DNA of 64,000 nucleotides from Candidatus Acidiferrum sp. (lineage in GTDB: Bacteria > Acidobacteriota > Terriglobia > Acidiferrales > UBA7541). The stretch spans positions 14,911-78,910 of the forward strand of contig DASRCZ010000008.1 in NCBI GenBank assembly GCA_035652855.1. Direction: 5' to 3'. Below are positions 54,901 through 64,000 of the stretch, one piece after another. Position numbers and translations under genes: made by a program. Numbering within the stretch: the first letter of the stretch is position 1; each line of letters begins with the position of its first letter. Below the pieces are notes generated by a model, which ran no database searches, was not told the DNA's origin, and saw only the letters and a program-made list of their open reading frames with translations.

Positions 54901-55063
54901 CGATATGATCGGCAATATTGCCGAAAAAGTTCAGCCAGTGCGGCGCACGCTCATAGGGAAAGGGGCCGCAACTGGTCCGATAATATTCCGCATCATAGGG
55001 GCAGCGGCTGGATCCCACGTCTGAATAGCGATTTCCGATATCCTGAGAATCGCTGCTGCTCAT
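51914..55063 (-). CDS. Multidomain glycan polymerase/terminator: methyltransferase - coiled coil - Ig-like domain - GT2 - GT2 (WsaE-like)
   Basis: VLDAGCAMG, EVLEH; ~100-aa heptad region; LDHDD, YSDED, FFKPDWSP, SQDHDL; FNFS, LNDD, AVTGACL, YNDID, DPFYNPN; start re-called to ATG 55063. Confidence 0.88.
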   Translation of the reverse strand: MSSSDSQDIGNRYSDVGSSRCPYDAEYYRTSCGPFPYERAPHWLNFFGNIADHIVRLLQPRRVLDAGCAMGFLVEALWDRGVEAWGIDISSFAVSHARPDIRPYCVVGSIAEGLPGGSFDLITCIEVLEHMSPAEAEAAINRLCEASDAILFSSTPVDLNEATHQNVRPVLGWIHLFAERGFYPDMLFDAQFLTPWAMLLRRRKERPPEDALVFFARVLSARSHPRREPAALAERRGCSSVVQQAGVDLAETVHALQGDLDAVKAEVRALADAQSEAAAVKTWMHSAEMTLASVQAALHTVQSRLLQLAERESGTGNGLEAEVARLEQDQRHIAAQVDNLLNSRIWRTLQAGGGAVLRLQRAIAPWKAVARRAVRDNIGVRIHCDMPPPEPKHGISGTIEIRGWALAERGITHVDIEAGSEISFPARYGLPRPDLPPLFPHIKGAAEAGFAAKLDTRRLSNGLHVLTIRAHAKSGETAEKRIPVLVDHEHGFASEYDRWLHQFERRDPVLIELKLSAFVYQPLISVIAPVYRTAAPVLKAAIESVLAQSYPKWQLCLVDDGSQSAELTGLLEAYSTQDARIEFATMPESGGISAASNRGLAMAKGEYIGLLDHDDMLAPDALFHMVEALQQTPRPDLLYSDEDHMDEVGRRFDPFFKPDWSPDLILSENYVCHFMVFERGLAEAVGGFRSEMDLSQDHDLLLRMSAKARRIFHVPRILYHWRTNLESMQRASSREQAAFASSRRAVESYLAQTAQGARVEEGIHPGRWRVRYPVPPGSHVSIIIPSGGNLDVLRRNLKSLLERTTYSDYDVVVIDNSKGDVISEYIRRLRQKGSPVRCVDMRGQPFNFSRLNNAAVRDVASPLLLFLNDDTEVIAPDWLTALVEHAVRPEVGAVGAKLLYPDGRIQHAGVTLGLAGQCGHSFKGLRGDQRHYFDFPDVVRNVSAVTGACLITRSEVFRKVGGFDETLFPVAYNDIDLCLKIMDAGYRIIYNPHALLYHHEAASKSDKDLDPQPAEITGLKSRWAHIISSDPFYNPNLTRRKEDFSLNWG

Positions 55064-55155
55064 AGAAGACCTGACATCTCGCTGATGATTGTCGGCGGAA
55101 TGGACTGCGCGCACAATTGCCGGCGACCGCTGGGGCCATGAGCGGTTGTGAGTTT

Positions 55156-55248
55156 CATTATATCTTCTGCGCCCGCGCGCCCGGTCGAGGGAGCAGCCTG
55201 CGCAGCCATACAGCGACGTCAAGTCCGACCATGTGGTAGGCTTATAAT
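55156..55248. promoter_or_regulatory. Divergent sigma70 -10 boxes
   Basis: TATAAT on the minus strand at 55156-55161 and on the plus strand at 55243-55248. Confidence 0.45.
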
Positions 55249-55297
55249 CTCCCTTGCGCCGCGCAGTCGCTCCAAGCGGCGGTGTGCGCGTTGATTC

Positions 55298-56305
55298 ATG
55301 CCGAACAAGCAAAAAATGCTGGCGCGCATCGACTGCGGCAAATGCGTGGGGCTTGAGATCGGCCCATTAACGCAGCCCGTAGTAACAAAAGAGGACGGAG
55401 AGATCTACTACCTCGATCATCTCTCCACGGAGGACCTTCGGCGAAAATATGCTGATCATCCCACCGTCGACAAATCAAAAATTGTCGAGGTCTCTTTTGT
55501 CGCTCCCGACGGGGATCTGATCCGAGCGTGCGGCGAAAGGCGCTTTGATTACGTCATTGCATCACACGTTATCGAGCACATTCCAAACACCATCGGCTGG
55601 CTGCATCAGGTCGCAAGCCTTCTGCACACCGGAGGGAAACTTGCGCTTGCTATTCCGGACAAACGATATACCTTCGACCAATTTCGTCTATTAACGCCGC
55701 TGGGCGATATTATACAATGTTGGCTCGAAAATCGCCGGAATCCATCAGCAAAACACGTGTTCGATTATTGCGCGAATGTCGCTCTGGCGGATGCGCGGCG
55801 CATCTGGGAAGGCGCCGGTCCCCAGACCGCGGACGAGGCGCCCCATTACTATACGCTTGAACAAGCCCTGCAACTGGCGCAGCATCAGTTCGCCACCGAC
55901 GAATATTTCGACGCGCACTGCCATGTATTTACGCCGGCGTCATTTCTGGATATCCTGGCGGACCTGACCAGACTCGGCTTACTGGACTTTATCTGCATTG
56001 ATTTTCAGACGACGGCCCGGTACGAGATTGAATTTTACGTCACTCTTGAAAAAGTCTACCCGGGGTTTGATCGCCATCTGCAATTGGAGAGCATAAACCG
56101 CTTTCGTTCCGCCATTCACAGCGAGCATCACGCTGGCGCCGAGAGGGACGAGAATATGCGCCGGATTCAGGCTCTTGAGGCGGAGGTGGAGCAATGGCAG
56201 CGGGAGGCGCGGATGTTGCGTCAATCCTTGTCCTGGAAGATCACGGCGCCATTGCGGCGCATCTCCGGTCTGCTGCTACAGCGCGGGCGCCCGCAGGGGG
56301 GGTAG
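55298..56305 (+). CDS. SAM methyltransferase-like protein with short C-terminal coiled coil
   Basis: GLEIGP, FDYVIASHVIEH, PDKRYTFD, DAHCHVFT; C-terminal SLSWKITAPLR. Confidence 0.8.
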   Translation: MPNKQKMLARIDCGKCVGLEIGPLTQPVVTKEDGEIYYLDHLSTEDLRRKYADHPTVDKSKIVEVSFVAPDGDLIRACGERRFDYVIASHVIEHIPNTIGWLHQVASLLHTGGKLALAIPDKRYTFDQFRLLTPLGDIIQCWLENRRNPSAKHVFDYCANVALADARRIWEGAGPQTADEAPHYYTLEQALQLAQHQFATDEYFDAHCHVFTPASFLDILADLTRLGLLDFICIDFQTTARYEIEFYVTLEKVYPGFDRHLQLESINRFRSAIHSEHHAGAERDENMRRIQALEAEVEQWQREARMLRQSLSWKITAPLRRISGLLLQRGRPQGG

Positions 56306-56430
56306 ATTGACGGACACGCCGCGCCTGGTGAATCGAGCTCTGCTGTTCCGCTATTACGCCCGTCCGCTCGGCCGCGCATTGAGGCGAGCGGTCGCTAAAA
56401 TCGCACACATACAGCTCGCCGAGGATCGAC

Positions 56431-57480
56431 ATGACCAAAAAAGCCCTTATTACTGGAATCACGGGACAAGACGGCTCTTTTCTTGCTGAGCTGCTGCTGT
56501 CCAAAGGCTATGAGGTGCACGGCATTGTTCGTCGCGCATCCACCTTCAACACAGACCGTTTGGACTCCATCTATGCGGATCCACACGAAGCGGGCGTCAA
56601 GTTCTATCTGCACTACGGCGATCTGTCCGACGGCACGGGCATCAGACGCATCCTGGAGCGAATCAAGCCCGACGAGCTCTACAACCTGGCCGCACAATCT
56701 CACGTCCGCGTCAGCTTTGATCAATCTGAATACACGGCGGACGTCGTGGCCACAGGCACGCTGCGCCTGCTCGAGGCGATCCGGGATTCCGTTCAAGCGA
56801 CAGGGAAACCAATTCGGATGTACCAGGCCGGGTCGTCGGAAATGTTCGGCGCCGCTCCTCCTCCGCAAAATGAATCTACTCCGTTCTACCCGCGGAGTCC
56901 GTACGCCGTCAGCAAACTGGCTGCACACTGGTACGCCGTCAATTACCGCGAAGCGTACAATCTCTTCATCAGCAACGGCATTCTCTTCAACCACGAGTCC
57001 CCCCGGCGGGGTGAGACCTTTGTGACGCGCAAGATTACGCGCGCGCTCACTCGTATCAAGTTAGGACTGCAATCGAAACTGTTTCTTGGCAACCTGGACG
57101 CCCGCCGGGACTGGGGATACGCCGGCGACTATGTGGAAGCAATGTGGCTCATGTTACAGCAACCCGAGCCTCGCGACTACGTCATTGCAACAGGCGAATC
57201 ACACACAATTCGGGAATTTCTCGATCTCGCGGCAGCCTACTGCGAACTTGACTGGACCAAGTATGTTGAGAAAGATCCCCGGTATTTTCGACCGACTGAG
57301 GTCGACCATCTTTTAGGAGATTCATCCAAGGCTCGCCGCGAACTCGGCTGGCGGCCGAAGGTCGGCTTCGACGATCTGGTGAAAATGATGGTGGAACATG
57401 ACCTGGAGCTTGCACGCCAGGAGCAGCTTCTTGCCGAAGCCGGCCATCATGTCATCGTTCGGGGCTCTGCGCATGGATAA
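56431..57480 (+). CDS. gmd: GDP-mannose 4,6-dehydratase
   Basis: [57 protein letters not shown]. Confidence 0.97.
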   Translation: MTKKALITGITGQDGSFLAELLLSKGYEVHGIVRRASTFNTDRLDSIYADPHEAGVKFYLHYGDLSDGTGIRRILERIKPDELYNLAAQSHVRVSFDQSEYTADVVATGTLRLLEAIRDSVQATGKPIRMYQAGSSEMFGAAPPPQNESTPFYPRSPYAVSKLAAHWYAVNYREAYNLFISNGILFNHESPRRGETFVTRKITRALTRIKLGLQSKLFLGNLDARRDWGYAGDYVEAMWLMLQQPEPRDYVIATGESHTIREFLDLAAAYCELDWTKYVEKDPRYFRPTEVDHLLGDSSKARRELGWRPKVGFDDLVKMMVEHDLELARQEQLLAEAGHHVIVRGSAHG

Positions 57481-58414
57481 AGGCGGCAAGATCTATGTGG
57501 CGGGACATCGGGGACTGGTAGGATCCGCCATACTCCGCGCTCTGCAAAGCGGAGGGTGGACGAACCTTGTCGTTCAGTCCCGCGACGAAACAGACCTGCG
57601 CGATCGAGCAGCCGTAGACCGCTTTTTCCGCTCCGCCCGACCCGCATATGTATTTCTGGCGGCCGCCAAAGTCGGCGGAATTCTCGCCAACAGCAGCCGG
57701 CCTGCCGAGTTCATTTACGACAATCTGGCCATCGAACTCAACGTTATCGACGCAGCCTATCGCTACGGGGTTCAGAAACTGCAGTTTCTCGGTTCGTCTT
57801 GCATCTATCCCAAGCTCTCGCCACAGCCAATCCGGGAAGAGTACCTTTTAAGTGGACCATTAGAACCGACTAATGAGTGGTATGCGGTGGCGAAGATCGC
57901 GGGCATCAAGCTCTGCCAATCTTATCGATTGCAATATGGTTTTAACGCAATCAGTGTGATGCCGACGAATTTATATGGCCCAAACGACAACTTTGATTTG
58001 ACCTCGTCGCACGTGCTTCCTGCGCTTATTCGCAAGTTCCACGAAGCAAAACTGGAGGGGCGGCCCGAAGTACAGATCTGGGGCACCGGCTCGCCGAGGC
58101 GCGAGTTTCTGCATGTAGACGATCTCGCGCAAGCGGCTGTTCATCTTATGAACACTTACGATGAGCCCGAGATTATCAATGTCGGGACCGGCGAGGATAT
58201 CAGCATTCGCGAGTTATCTGAACTCATACGACGCACCGTCGGCTATACCGGGCGCATCACGTTCGATCCTTCGAAGCCCGACGGGACGCCCAGAAAATTG
58301 CTGGACATCTCGAAAATCCGGGCCTTGGGGTGGGCGCCGAAAATCCCGCTCCATGAAGGCATCGCATCGACGTATGCCTGGTATCTCCAAAACGCTGCGT
58401 CGGCAGGCGCGTAG
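57473..58414 (+). CDS. fcl: GDP-L-fucose synthase
   Basis: [50 protein letters not shown]. Confidence 0.96.
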   Translation: MDKGGKIYVAGHRGLVGSAILRALQSGGWTNLVVQSRDETDLRDRAAVDRFFRSARPAYVFLAAAKVGGILANSSRPAEFIYDNLAIELNVIDAAYRYGVQKLQFLGSSCIYPKLSPQPIREEYLLSGPLEPTNEWYAVAKIAGIKLCQSYRLQYGFNAISVMPTNLYGPNDNFDLTSSHVLPALIRKFHEAKLEGRPEVQIWGTGSPRREFLHVDDLAQAAVHLMNTYDEPEIINVGTGEDISIRELSELIRRTVGYTGRITFDPSKPDGTPRKLLDISKIRALGWAPKIPLHEGIASTYAWYLQNAASAGA

Positions 58415-58521
58415 GTGAGCCGCGCCGGCAGCGTTCAAAGGCGGCTGGGACTGCATGCGGCTGAGCTCGACCGTTTTGATCACGGTGAGAATCTGCTTGA
58501 ATATGCGAAAATATTCGTTTC

Positions 58522-59286
58522 ATGCGCAAGACAGTAGCCCTGTGTTTTCTCGTATGGAACGAGGAGCAGGGGTGTGAAGCCGACCTGCCATATGTGGATC
58601 GGTCAATATTCGATGAAGTCTTTGCCATCGATGGCGGCAGCACCGATGGAACTGTAGCCGTATTACGGCGATACGGCGTACCGGTACATCGTCAGAGGGT
58701 CCGAAGTCTGAACGCAGCTTACTGGCAGGCGGTCGAGACGTCGACTTGCGATTGTCTGGTCGTTTTTTTTCCAAAGGGAACAATTTCCCCGGCGATCCTT
58801 CCGACCTTCAAAGCGCAGTTGTTAAGCGGCCACGATCTGGTGATTGCCAGCCGCATGATTCAGGGGAGCAGAAATGAAGAGGACAGTAAATGGCTGAAGC
58901 CCCGCAAATGGGGCGTCGGCGCCCTTGCCTTGTGTTCTTCTTTGCTCTGGCGACGAGAAGGACCCATTATCTGGGACGTTCTGCATGGGGTCAAGGGCTT
59001 TTCAAAATGCGCGTTTTATGCAATGAACCCCTCGCGCACGGGCGTTACGATTGACCTGGAGATGGCGATCCGCTGCTATAAACTCGGTCTTCGCCGCCAG
59101 GAATTTCCTGTCATCGAGAGCCCGCGCGCATATGGCGCAACGAAGTTCAGGATTTTTCCGACAAGCGTCAAGCTGGCGAGGTGTCTGCTTGCGGAAATGC
59201 GCAATTCAGCGGGGCGCCGACCTGTAATCACGTCCACGCCCGATCATGCCGCCGTCCGTTCCCACGTGGTCCCGCCCGATGCATGA
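58522..59286 (+). CDS. GT2, polyprenol-phosphate glycosyltransferase (DPM1-like)
   Basis: WNEE, IDGGSTDG, DLVIASR, E.PV.E..R..G.TK; DxD position reads FFPKG. Confidence 0.75.
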   Translation: MRKTVALCFLVWNEEQGCEADLPYVDRSIFDEVFAIDGGSTDGTVAVLRRYGVPVHRQRVRSLNAAYWQAVETSTCDCLVVFFPKGTISPAILPTFKAQLLSGHDLVIASRMIQGSRNEEDSKWLKPRKWGVGALALCSSLLWRREGPIIWDVLHGVKGFSKCAFYAMNPSRTGVTIDLEMAIRCYKLGLRRQEFPVIESPRAYGATKFRIFPTSVKLARCLLAEMRNSAGRRPVITSTPDHAAVRSHVVPPDA

Positions 59287-59319
59287 TCGCCCGCGAATAC
59301 TACCCGACCTGCGCCGATA

Positions 59320-60396
59320 ATGCCACGCGAACACGAGCAACAGAATACAGCCATAGTAGTCACATCGATCGCGCGGCCGAATCGCGCTTTGCGACAATTA
59401 GCGGACGGAGCGCGGCAACGCCGGTATCGCTTTTATGTCATGGGCGATGTCTCCAGTCCTCCTGACTTTCACCTGGATGGTTGTGAATTCTTTAGTCTTG
59501 AACGGCAACGGCAGCTCGGCTTTCTCACAGCCGAACGCTGCCCGGAACGCCATTACGCACGTAAGAACATCGGATATTTGCAGGCGATCAGAGACGGCGC
59601 GGCCCGGATTGTCGAAACCGACGACGACAACATTCCACGAGCGGAATTTTGGGACGCGCGGCCGAGGACGATTATCGCCTCTGTGTGCGCCGCGTCAGGC
59701 TGGGTGAACGTATATCAGTATTTCACTGACCGCGACATCTGGCCGCGGGGGCTCCCCCTACAGTTTGTCCGACGCCCAGCGCCGCCATGGGACTCTTTGC
59801 CTTTATCGGAGAGCGACTGTCCCATCCAGCAAGGGCTGGCCGATGAAAATCCCGACGTCGATGCTGTTTACCGGCTGGTCTTACCGTTGCCGGTGCGCTT
59901 TCGACGCGGCCGCTCCGTTGCATTAGCTCCCGGAGCTTGGTGCCCTTTCAATAGCCAGAATACCGTTTTCTGGAAAGACGCCTATCCGCTCCTCTACCTG
60001 CCAGCGTTCTGCTCATTCCGCATGACCGATATCTGGCGCAGTTTTATCGCGCAACGCATCTGCTGGGAAAATGGATGGGCTGTTCTCTTCCACGACGCCA
60101 CCGTGCTGCAAGAGCGAAATGCACACGATCTAATGAAGGATTTTCGCGACGAATTGCCGGGTTATCTCCAAAATGATCAGATTCGCGAGATCCTGGAGCG
60201 TCTGCCGTTACGATCGGGTCTTCAGCATATCGAGGACAATCTGCGGCGTTGCTACGAAGCGCTTATTTCCGCCTCGATACTGTCTCAAAATGAGCTGCCG
60301 TTGCTCAACGCCTGGCTGCAAGACCTCGCATCGATCAGCCAACGACAGCGTTCCATATCCAACGACCATGGCCCGCACAGCGAAGGCGCGCAATAG
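59320..60396 (+). CDS. STELLO (DUF288)/GT75-related protein
   Basis: YARKNIGYL, ETDDDN, WPRGLPL, QQGLADENPDVDA, PFNSQNT, FRMTDIWRS. Confidence 0.82.
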   Translation: MPREHEQQNTAIVVTSIARPNRALRQLADGARQRRYRFYVMGDVSSPPDFHLDGCEFFSLERQRQLGFLTAERCPERHYARKNIGYLQAIRDGAARIVETDDDNIPRAEFWDARPRTIIASVCAASGWVNVYQYFTDRDIWPRGLPLQFVRRPAPPWDSLPLSESDCPIQQGLADENPDVDAVYRLVLPLPVRFRRGRSVALAPGAWCPFNSQNTVFWKDAYPLLYLPAFCSFRMTDIWRSFIAQRICWENGWAVLFHDATVLQERNAHDLMKDFRDELPGYLQNDQIREILERLPLRSGLQHIEDNLRRCYEALISASILSQNELPLLNAWLQDLASISQRQRSISNDHGPHSEGAQ

Positions 60397-63300
60397 TCAT
60401 CCGCGAGAGACGCCGGCGGAAGGCGGTTCAACCCTCGAGCGCGCCGCCCGCCAACCCACATTGCAACTCACGTTTCCATCAGGCCCCCCTTTGCAGGCAT
60501 CCTGGCGACTGTTTCTCTTAGCAATGCTCTACGCGGCGGTTTTTGCGGGCTGCGTCTTTCGATGGTGGCGACCTCGACAGCAATATCCTGACGTAATTAC
60601 TGGCGCCATAACCTGGGGAAACATCAGTAAGACCAGCGACTATATCGGGTTGAGCCTGATTGCTATCGGTACGGTGCTCGCGTACTGGGGACTGCTGCGA
60701 CTGGCAAGATTCATCTTGCAGCGCGCTGGGGGGCCTGCGCACTGGCTGACAACGCTTCTCAATGTTCCCGTGGTGCTGCTCGCTTACTGGGTGGGCGCGC
60801 AGCTGGTCGGATTCGACATCCAACGGCTTCCTCTGGAATCTCTGCTGAGCAGCTTTGTCCTTTTTCTCGCCTTGCCGGCTCTGGTTCGGTTGCAGCGCCT
60901 TTCGCCGCGCATGCTGCAACGCGCGGGTCTGCTGCTGATGTTCGACCTTCTTTGTCTGCTATTGGGCGGATTCGGCATCGCATTTTTATTCGCGATCCTG
61001 TTTCCATCCGCGCCGGTGAACGTTTCGTATGCAACCGCCCTGTACACGCTTGCCGGTGTGACTGTTTTGGGCGTTTTACTACTGCGCTGTACATCTCTCT
61101 GCCAGTGCGTTGCAAAGCTGACCAAGGCGACCTATTTTCTTCAGGCGCCGACGGCGTTGCTGTTCTTGGCGATGCTGCGCCGCGCCGTCCTCTATCATGG
61201 CCAGCGAATCGCGCCGACGAACCGGCGGCCGTTGCTCGCACTACTGGCGATTCTCTGCCTCGCTGCATGGATCTCGCTGTATCGGCGCTACCGCCGTTGC
61301 GCCCGCTATTTTCGTTCGCCGCTGCGCGCGCACGTAGAGCCGCTGTGCCTGGCGGCCGTCATCGCCTGTTTCATCGCCATGCCGGCGTTTCCAACGATTA
61401 CAGGAGACGACTTTCATTTTGGCGAACAGTATATCCCGTGGCAACAGCTAACCCAGTTCGGGCGAATTCCGTACGTTGATCTCATTCCCATTCATGGTCT
61501 GATGGCGTTCGCCACAGGCGCCCTAAATGCACTGTTGTTTGACGGCACTGTCGCAACTTTCGGGGCTGCCGGCGCTCTGCTTGGAGCGTTGGCTGGCGCC
61601 GTAACATTTTTCTGTCTGTATCGCAGCGCGGGTCTCGCGCCTGCGCTCTTGTTTTGCCTGGTTGTAAATCATCTCGACCGGCTCTATCTTGTCGGCCCCG
61701 TATTGTTATGCCTCGAGCAGCCAAAATGGCTCCGGTCGGGCCGGATGTGGTTTTCGGTTATTGCGCTCTGTTTGCTTTCGGTCGCATACAACATTCCGGT
61801 CGGCCTTGCATTGATCATTGGTCTGCTGCCCACCATCATCGACGAAGGCCTCAGGGCATGGCGCCGCCGGCTGCTGCCCTGGCGTCGCGCGTTCATTGGG
61901 GCCGCCGCGTCGCTCTGCATAGTTTTGGCAATACCCATAGTCCGACGCGTCGGCTTTGGTTTCGTTCGCTTTGCGTATGAGACGGCGAGCACAAACACTG
62001 TCGCGCATGGAATCCAGTGGGAAGGCTTTGCGAGCGTCCAGCCGCCTGCCGCGGATGCGGTCGTCAGCCCGCTGCTGTTCGAGCTGTTTAAATTTGGCTG
62101 GGTCTTTATTGCGTTATTCGCAGTCGCGATACTGATCGCCAAAGGTCGGCTGAATCCATCCCGGCGCGCTTCCCGCCTGCTTTGGGGCGTAGCGCTCACA
62201 TGTTTGGTGATGGCGCCCTGGACAATCAACCGGATTGGCTCGGGTTTAAGCCGGAGCGGGTCTTTATCCGCCTATTGCGCGGCTGTGTTTTTGCCGCTGC
62301 TCGCAATTCGATACGTGGGAGCTCTCCGGCATACGGGCGGCGGATCTTCTGCTTTACCCCTAATCGGAGCGCTGTTAGGGGTTTATGCAGTATTTACCGG
62401 GAGCTTCGCGTCACTCCAGAACCTTTCCGCCCGGCTACAGCCCGCCGTAACAGTGCCTGACAATCTGTTGCACGTAAAAGGTTCCGACGCCGGTCTGCCG
62501 AATCTGGGCGATCTCTACATGCCGCAGGACCGGCTCGATGCGATCCTGCGGTTTCATCGTACGGTGTCGGCCTTCGTCGGCGAGTCTGGCACCTACTTCG
62601 ATCTCTCAAACCGACAAGCTCTGTACTCGTTTACCCGTCGCAGAGAACCCGTTTTATATGCGACTCCCTACATCGCGGTATCGCATCAGCAGCAAGAGCG
62701 CGTCCTGAAGCAACTATCCGCCAATCCCCCGCAGCTCGTATATGTCGCGCCAGCCATGAACTTTGATGGACCGGCGAGTCTCAGAAGCTATTTGCTGTAC
62801 CGGTACGCCGTACTTCGATACCGACCCTGTAAAGTTGCCGAGAACATTTTTCTGCTGGCGCCATCGCTCAATCCGGGCCTTTGTGAAAACGTTCCGCCTC
62901 AGCAGTTATTGAACAGCAATTTCGCACTTTGGAATCTAGCCGCGCTTCCGAGCGCCTGGGGCGGGTCGTGGCGCACCTTACGCTCGCTATTCATAACCCG
63001 GGATGTTGTCCTGACGTCCTCACGAGTCCACCTGGATGGTCTCTCGCGCGAAGCAGACGCATTTACAGTGCCTCCCGCCGCTTTTGATGAGCAAACGTAT
63101 CTGGAGCGCTATCCCGACGTCGCAAACGCTGTTAAGGCCGGCGCATTCACAAGCGGGCTTCAGCACTACGAAACTTTCGGCCGGCATGAGGGCCGGAATG
63201 GCGCCAAAAATTCTTCCTTCGAACTCGATGTTCGAGATCTGAACATCGACCCCAAGCGTTACGACTTCCTGACGTTCCGTTTCGCATTCCTGCCCAACAC

Positions 63301-63553
63301 TGCGCGTCCAATCTTTGAGCTGCGCTGGACGTCAGATGTGGGAGCAAGTACAAATGCGATCAGCTTTATTCTCGAGGGAGACAGAGCCGTAATTCCGCTT
63401 GGCAGCTATCCGGAGTGGTTGATGGCGAACCGCATTACATCTTTGCGGTTTACAATCCCCTCTGGCTCCGGTCTCAAAACGGTTCGTCTCTTTGACTTTC
63501 AGTTTCTGCACTATCGGCCGTCTGAGGCCACCGACGCCATCGCAAGGAAGTAG
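60368..63553 (+). CDS. Large polytopic membrane protein, possibly GT-C fold, with periplasmic C-terminal domain (start uncertain)
   Basis: Many TM helices; loop DDFHFGE..PY.D..PIHG; C-terminal FDEQTYLERYPDV..GLQHYETFGRHEGR motif. Confidence 0.65.
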   Translation: MARTAKARNSHPRETPAEGGSTLERAARQPTLQLTFPSGPPLQASWRLFLLAMLYAAVFAGCVFRWWRPRQQYPDVITGAITWGNISKTSDYIGLSLIAIGTVLAYWGLLRLARFILQRAGGPAHWLTTLLNVPVVLLAYWVGAQLVGFDIQRLPLESLLSSFVLFLALPALVRLQRLSPRMLQRAGLLLMFDLLCLLLGGFGIAFLFAILFPSAPVNVSYATALYTLAGVTVLGVLLLRCTSLCQCVAKLTKATYFLQAPTALLFLAMLRRAVLYHGQRIAPTNRRPLLALLAILCLAAWISLYRRYRRCARYFRSPLRAHVEPLCLAAVIACFIAMPAFPTITGDDFHFGEQYIPWQQLTQFGRIPYVDLIPIHGLMAFATGALNALLFDGTVATFGAAGALLGALAGAVTFFCLYRSAGLAPALLFCLVVNHLDRLYLVGPVLLCLEQPKWLRSGRMWFSVIALCLLSVAYNIPVGLALIIGLLPTIIDEGLRAWRRRLLPWRRAFIGAAASLCIVLAIPIVRRVGFGFVRFAYETASTNTVAHGIQWEGFASVQPPAADAVVSPLLFELFKFGWVFIALFAVAILIAKGRLNPSRRASRLLWGVALTCLVMAPWTINRIGSGLSRSGSLSAYCAAVFLPLLAIRYVGALRHTGGGSSALPLIGALLGVYAVFTGSFASLQNLSARLQPAVTVPDNLLHVKGSDAGLPNLGDLYMPQDRLDAILRFHRTVSAFVGESGTYFDLSNRQALYSFTRRREPVLYATPYIAVSHQQQERVLKQLSANPPQLVYVAPAMNFDGPASLRSYLLYRYAVLRYRPCKVAENIFLLAPSLNPGLCENVPPQQLLNSNFALWNLAALPSAWGGSWRTLRSLFITRDVVLTSSRVHLDGLSREADAFTVPPAAFDEQTYLERYPDVANAVKAGAFTSGLQHYETFGRHEGRNGAKNSSFELDVRDLNIDPKRYDFLTFRFAFLPNTARPIFELRWTSDVGASTNAISFILEGDRAVIPLGSYPEWLMANRITSLRFTIPSGSGLKTVRLFDFQFLHYRPSEATDAIARK

Positions 63554-64000
63554 GCTTCTCGATCTCGTAACGGCCGCAAACACAGTGAGACTCTGGTCCG
63601 GCAGTGTGCACCATCTTACCGGATATGAACTCGCTTGCGCCAGTGCGGCCGTTGGCGACATTTTTGTTCGCCGGTGCAGCGGCAAGTGCGGCGATGACGC
63701 CCGCGGTTCTTCAACTCCCCTATGCTCTATATTTGAGCCGCACCGATGGCATATGGACGGCTCGCAAGTCGAGCCTCGAAATCCAGTTGGGAGGAAGCTG
63801 GACGCGATACCGCGTTGGCAGGCAGAGTATTTGCGTCCGGTTAGAGAATTCCAACCCAGGGCCAGACGCCATTCCGGAGTCAAGCACCGGCCGGCTAACT
63901 GTTATTACCGGCCGGCGCCAAGAGAACAGGCCTCTCTACGAGTCGGTCACGTTTCACGATGTTTACAAGGGCGTTGACTTAGCGTATTCATTCGCGGCCG

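Noticed and set aside
55064-55312. N-terminal 83 aa of the 1132-aa ORF
   Set aside because: Overlaps the divergent gene start and two TATAAT boxes; ATG 55063 is the more plausible start.
3101-62609. Numerous Arg/Pro-rich antisense and alternate-frame ORFs in the track (e.g. 17682..18575, 35073..36008, 19775..20491)
   Set aside because: Shadow ORFs typical of high-GC coding DNA, lying over well-supported genes.
63332-63977. ORFs 63332..63883 (-) and 63492..63977 (+)
   Set aside because: Both overlap the end of the membrane-protein gene and lack motifs; likely non-coding.
1-64000. Exosortase, Wzc/Wzz, Wzx, transposase/integrase, tRNA/rRNA
   Set aside because: None recognised in the window; the exosortase and co-polymerase presumably lie outside it.

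Overview
A 64 kb cell-envelope island from a GC-rich bacterium, probably Acidobacteriota of the Solibacter/Bryobacter type (inferred from a TIGR03437-like C-terminal domain and the style of the Ig/NHL surface proteins). It has three blocks. (1) ~0-48 kb: a PEP-CTERM-associated, Wzy-type exopolysaccharide region. It holds a DUF3473 deacetylase, a short OPX export protein, a probable beta-barrel, a Wzy/ligase-family protein, GT2/GT4s, many tailoring enzymes, two PEP-CTERM proteins, a soluble histidine kinase with a sigma54 activator, and a PilZ protein. I found 15 sigma54-type -24/-12 elements by eye, in front of almost every transcription unit up to 34.4 kb. (2) ~50-56 kb: a Wzm/Wzt ABC-export glycan system with a methyltransferase-coiled coil-GT2-GT2 polymerase. 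(3) ~56-63.5 kb: gmd-fcl, a DPM-like GT2, a STELLO-family protein and a large polytopic membrane protein. The two strongest candidates for undescribed systems are (a) a CusBA pump with no cusC, whose CusB appears to lack the helical OMF-docking domain, sitting tail-to-tail with a secreted copper-radical (AA5) oxidase, and (b) a non-cellulosomal cohesin/dockerin set (two cohesin-like proteins and a dockerin-tagged beta-helix protein) inside the EPS locus. No rRNA, tRNA, CRISPR array, mobile element or exosortase was recognised. All family assignments come from motif recognition by eye, not from database searches.
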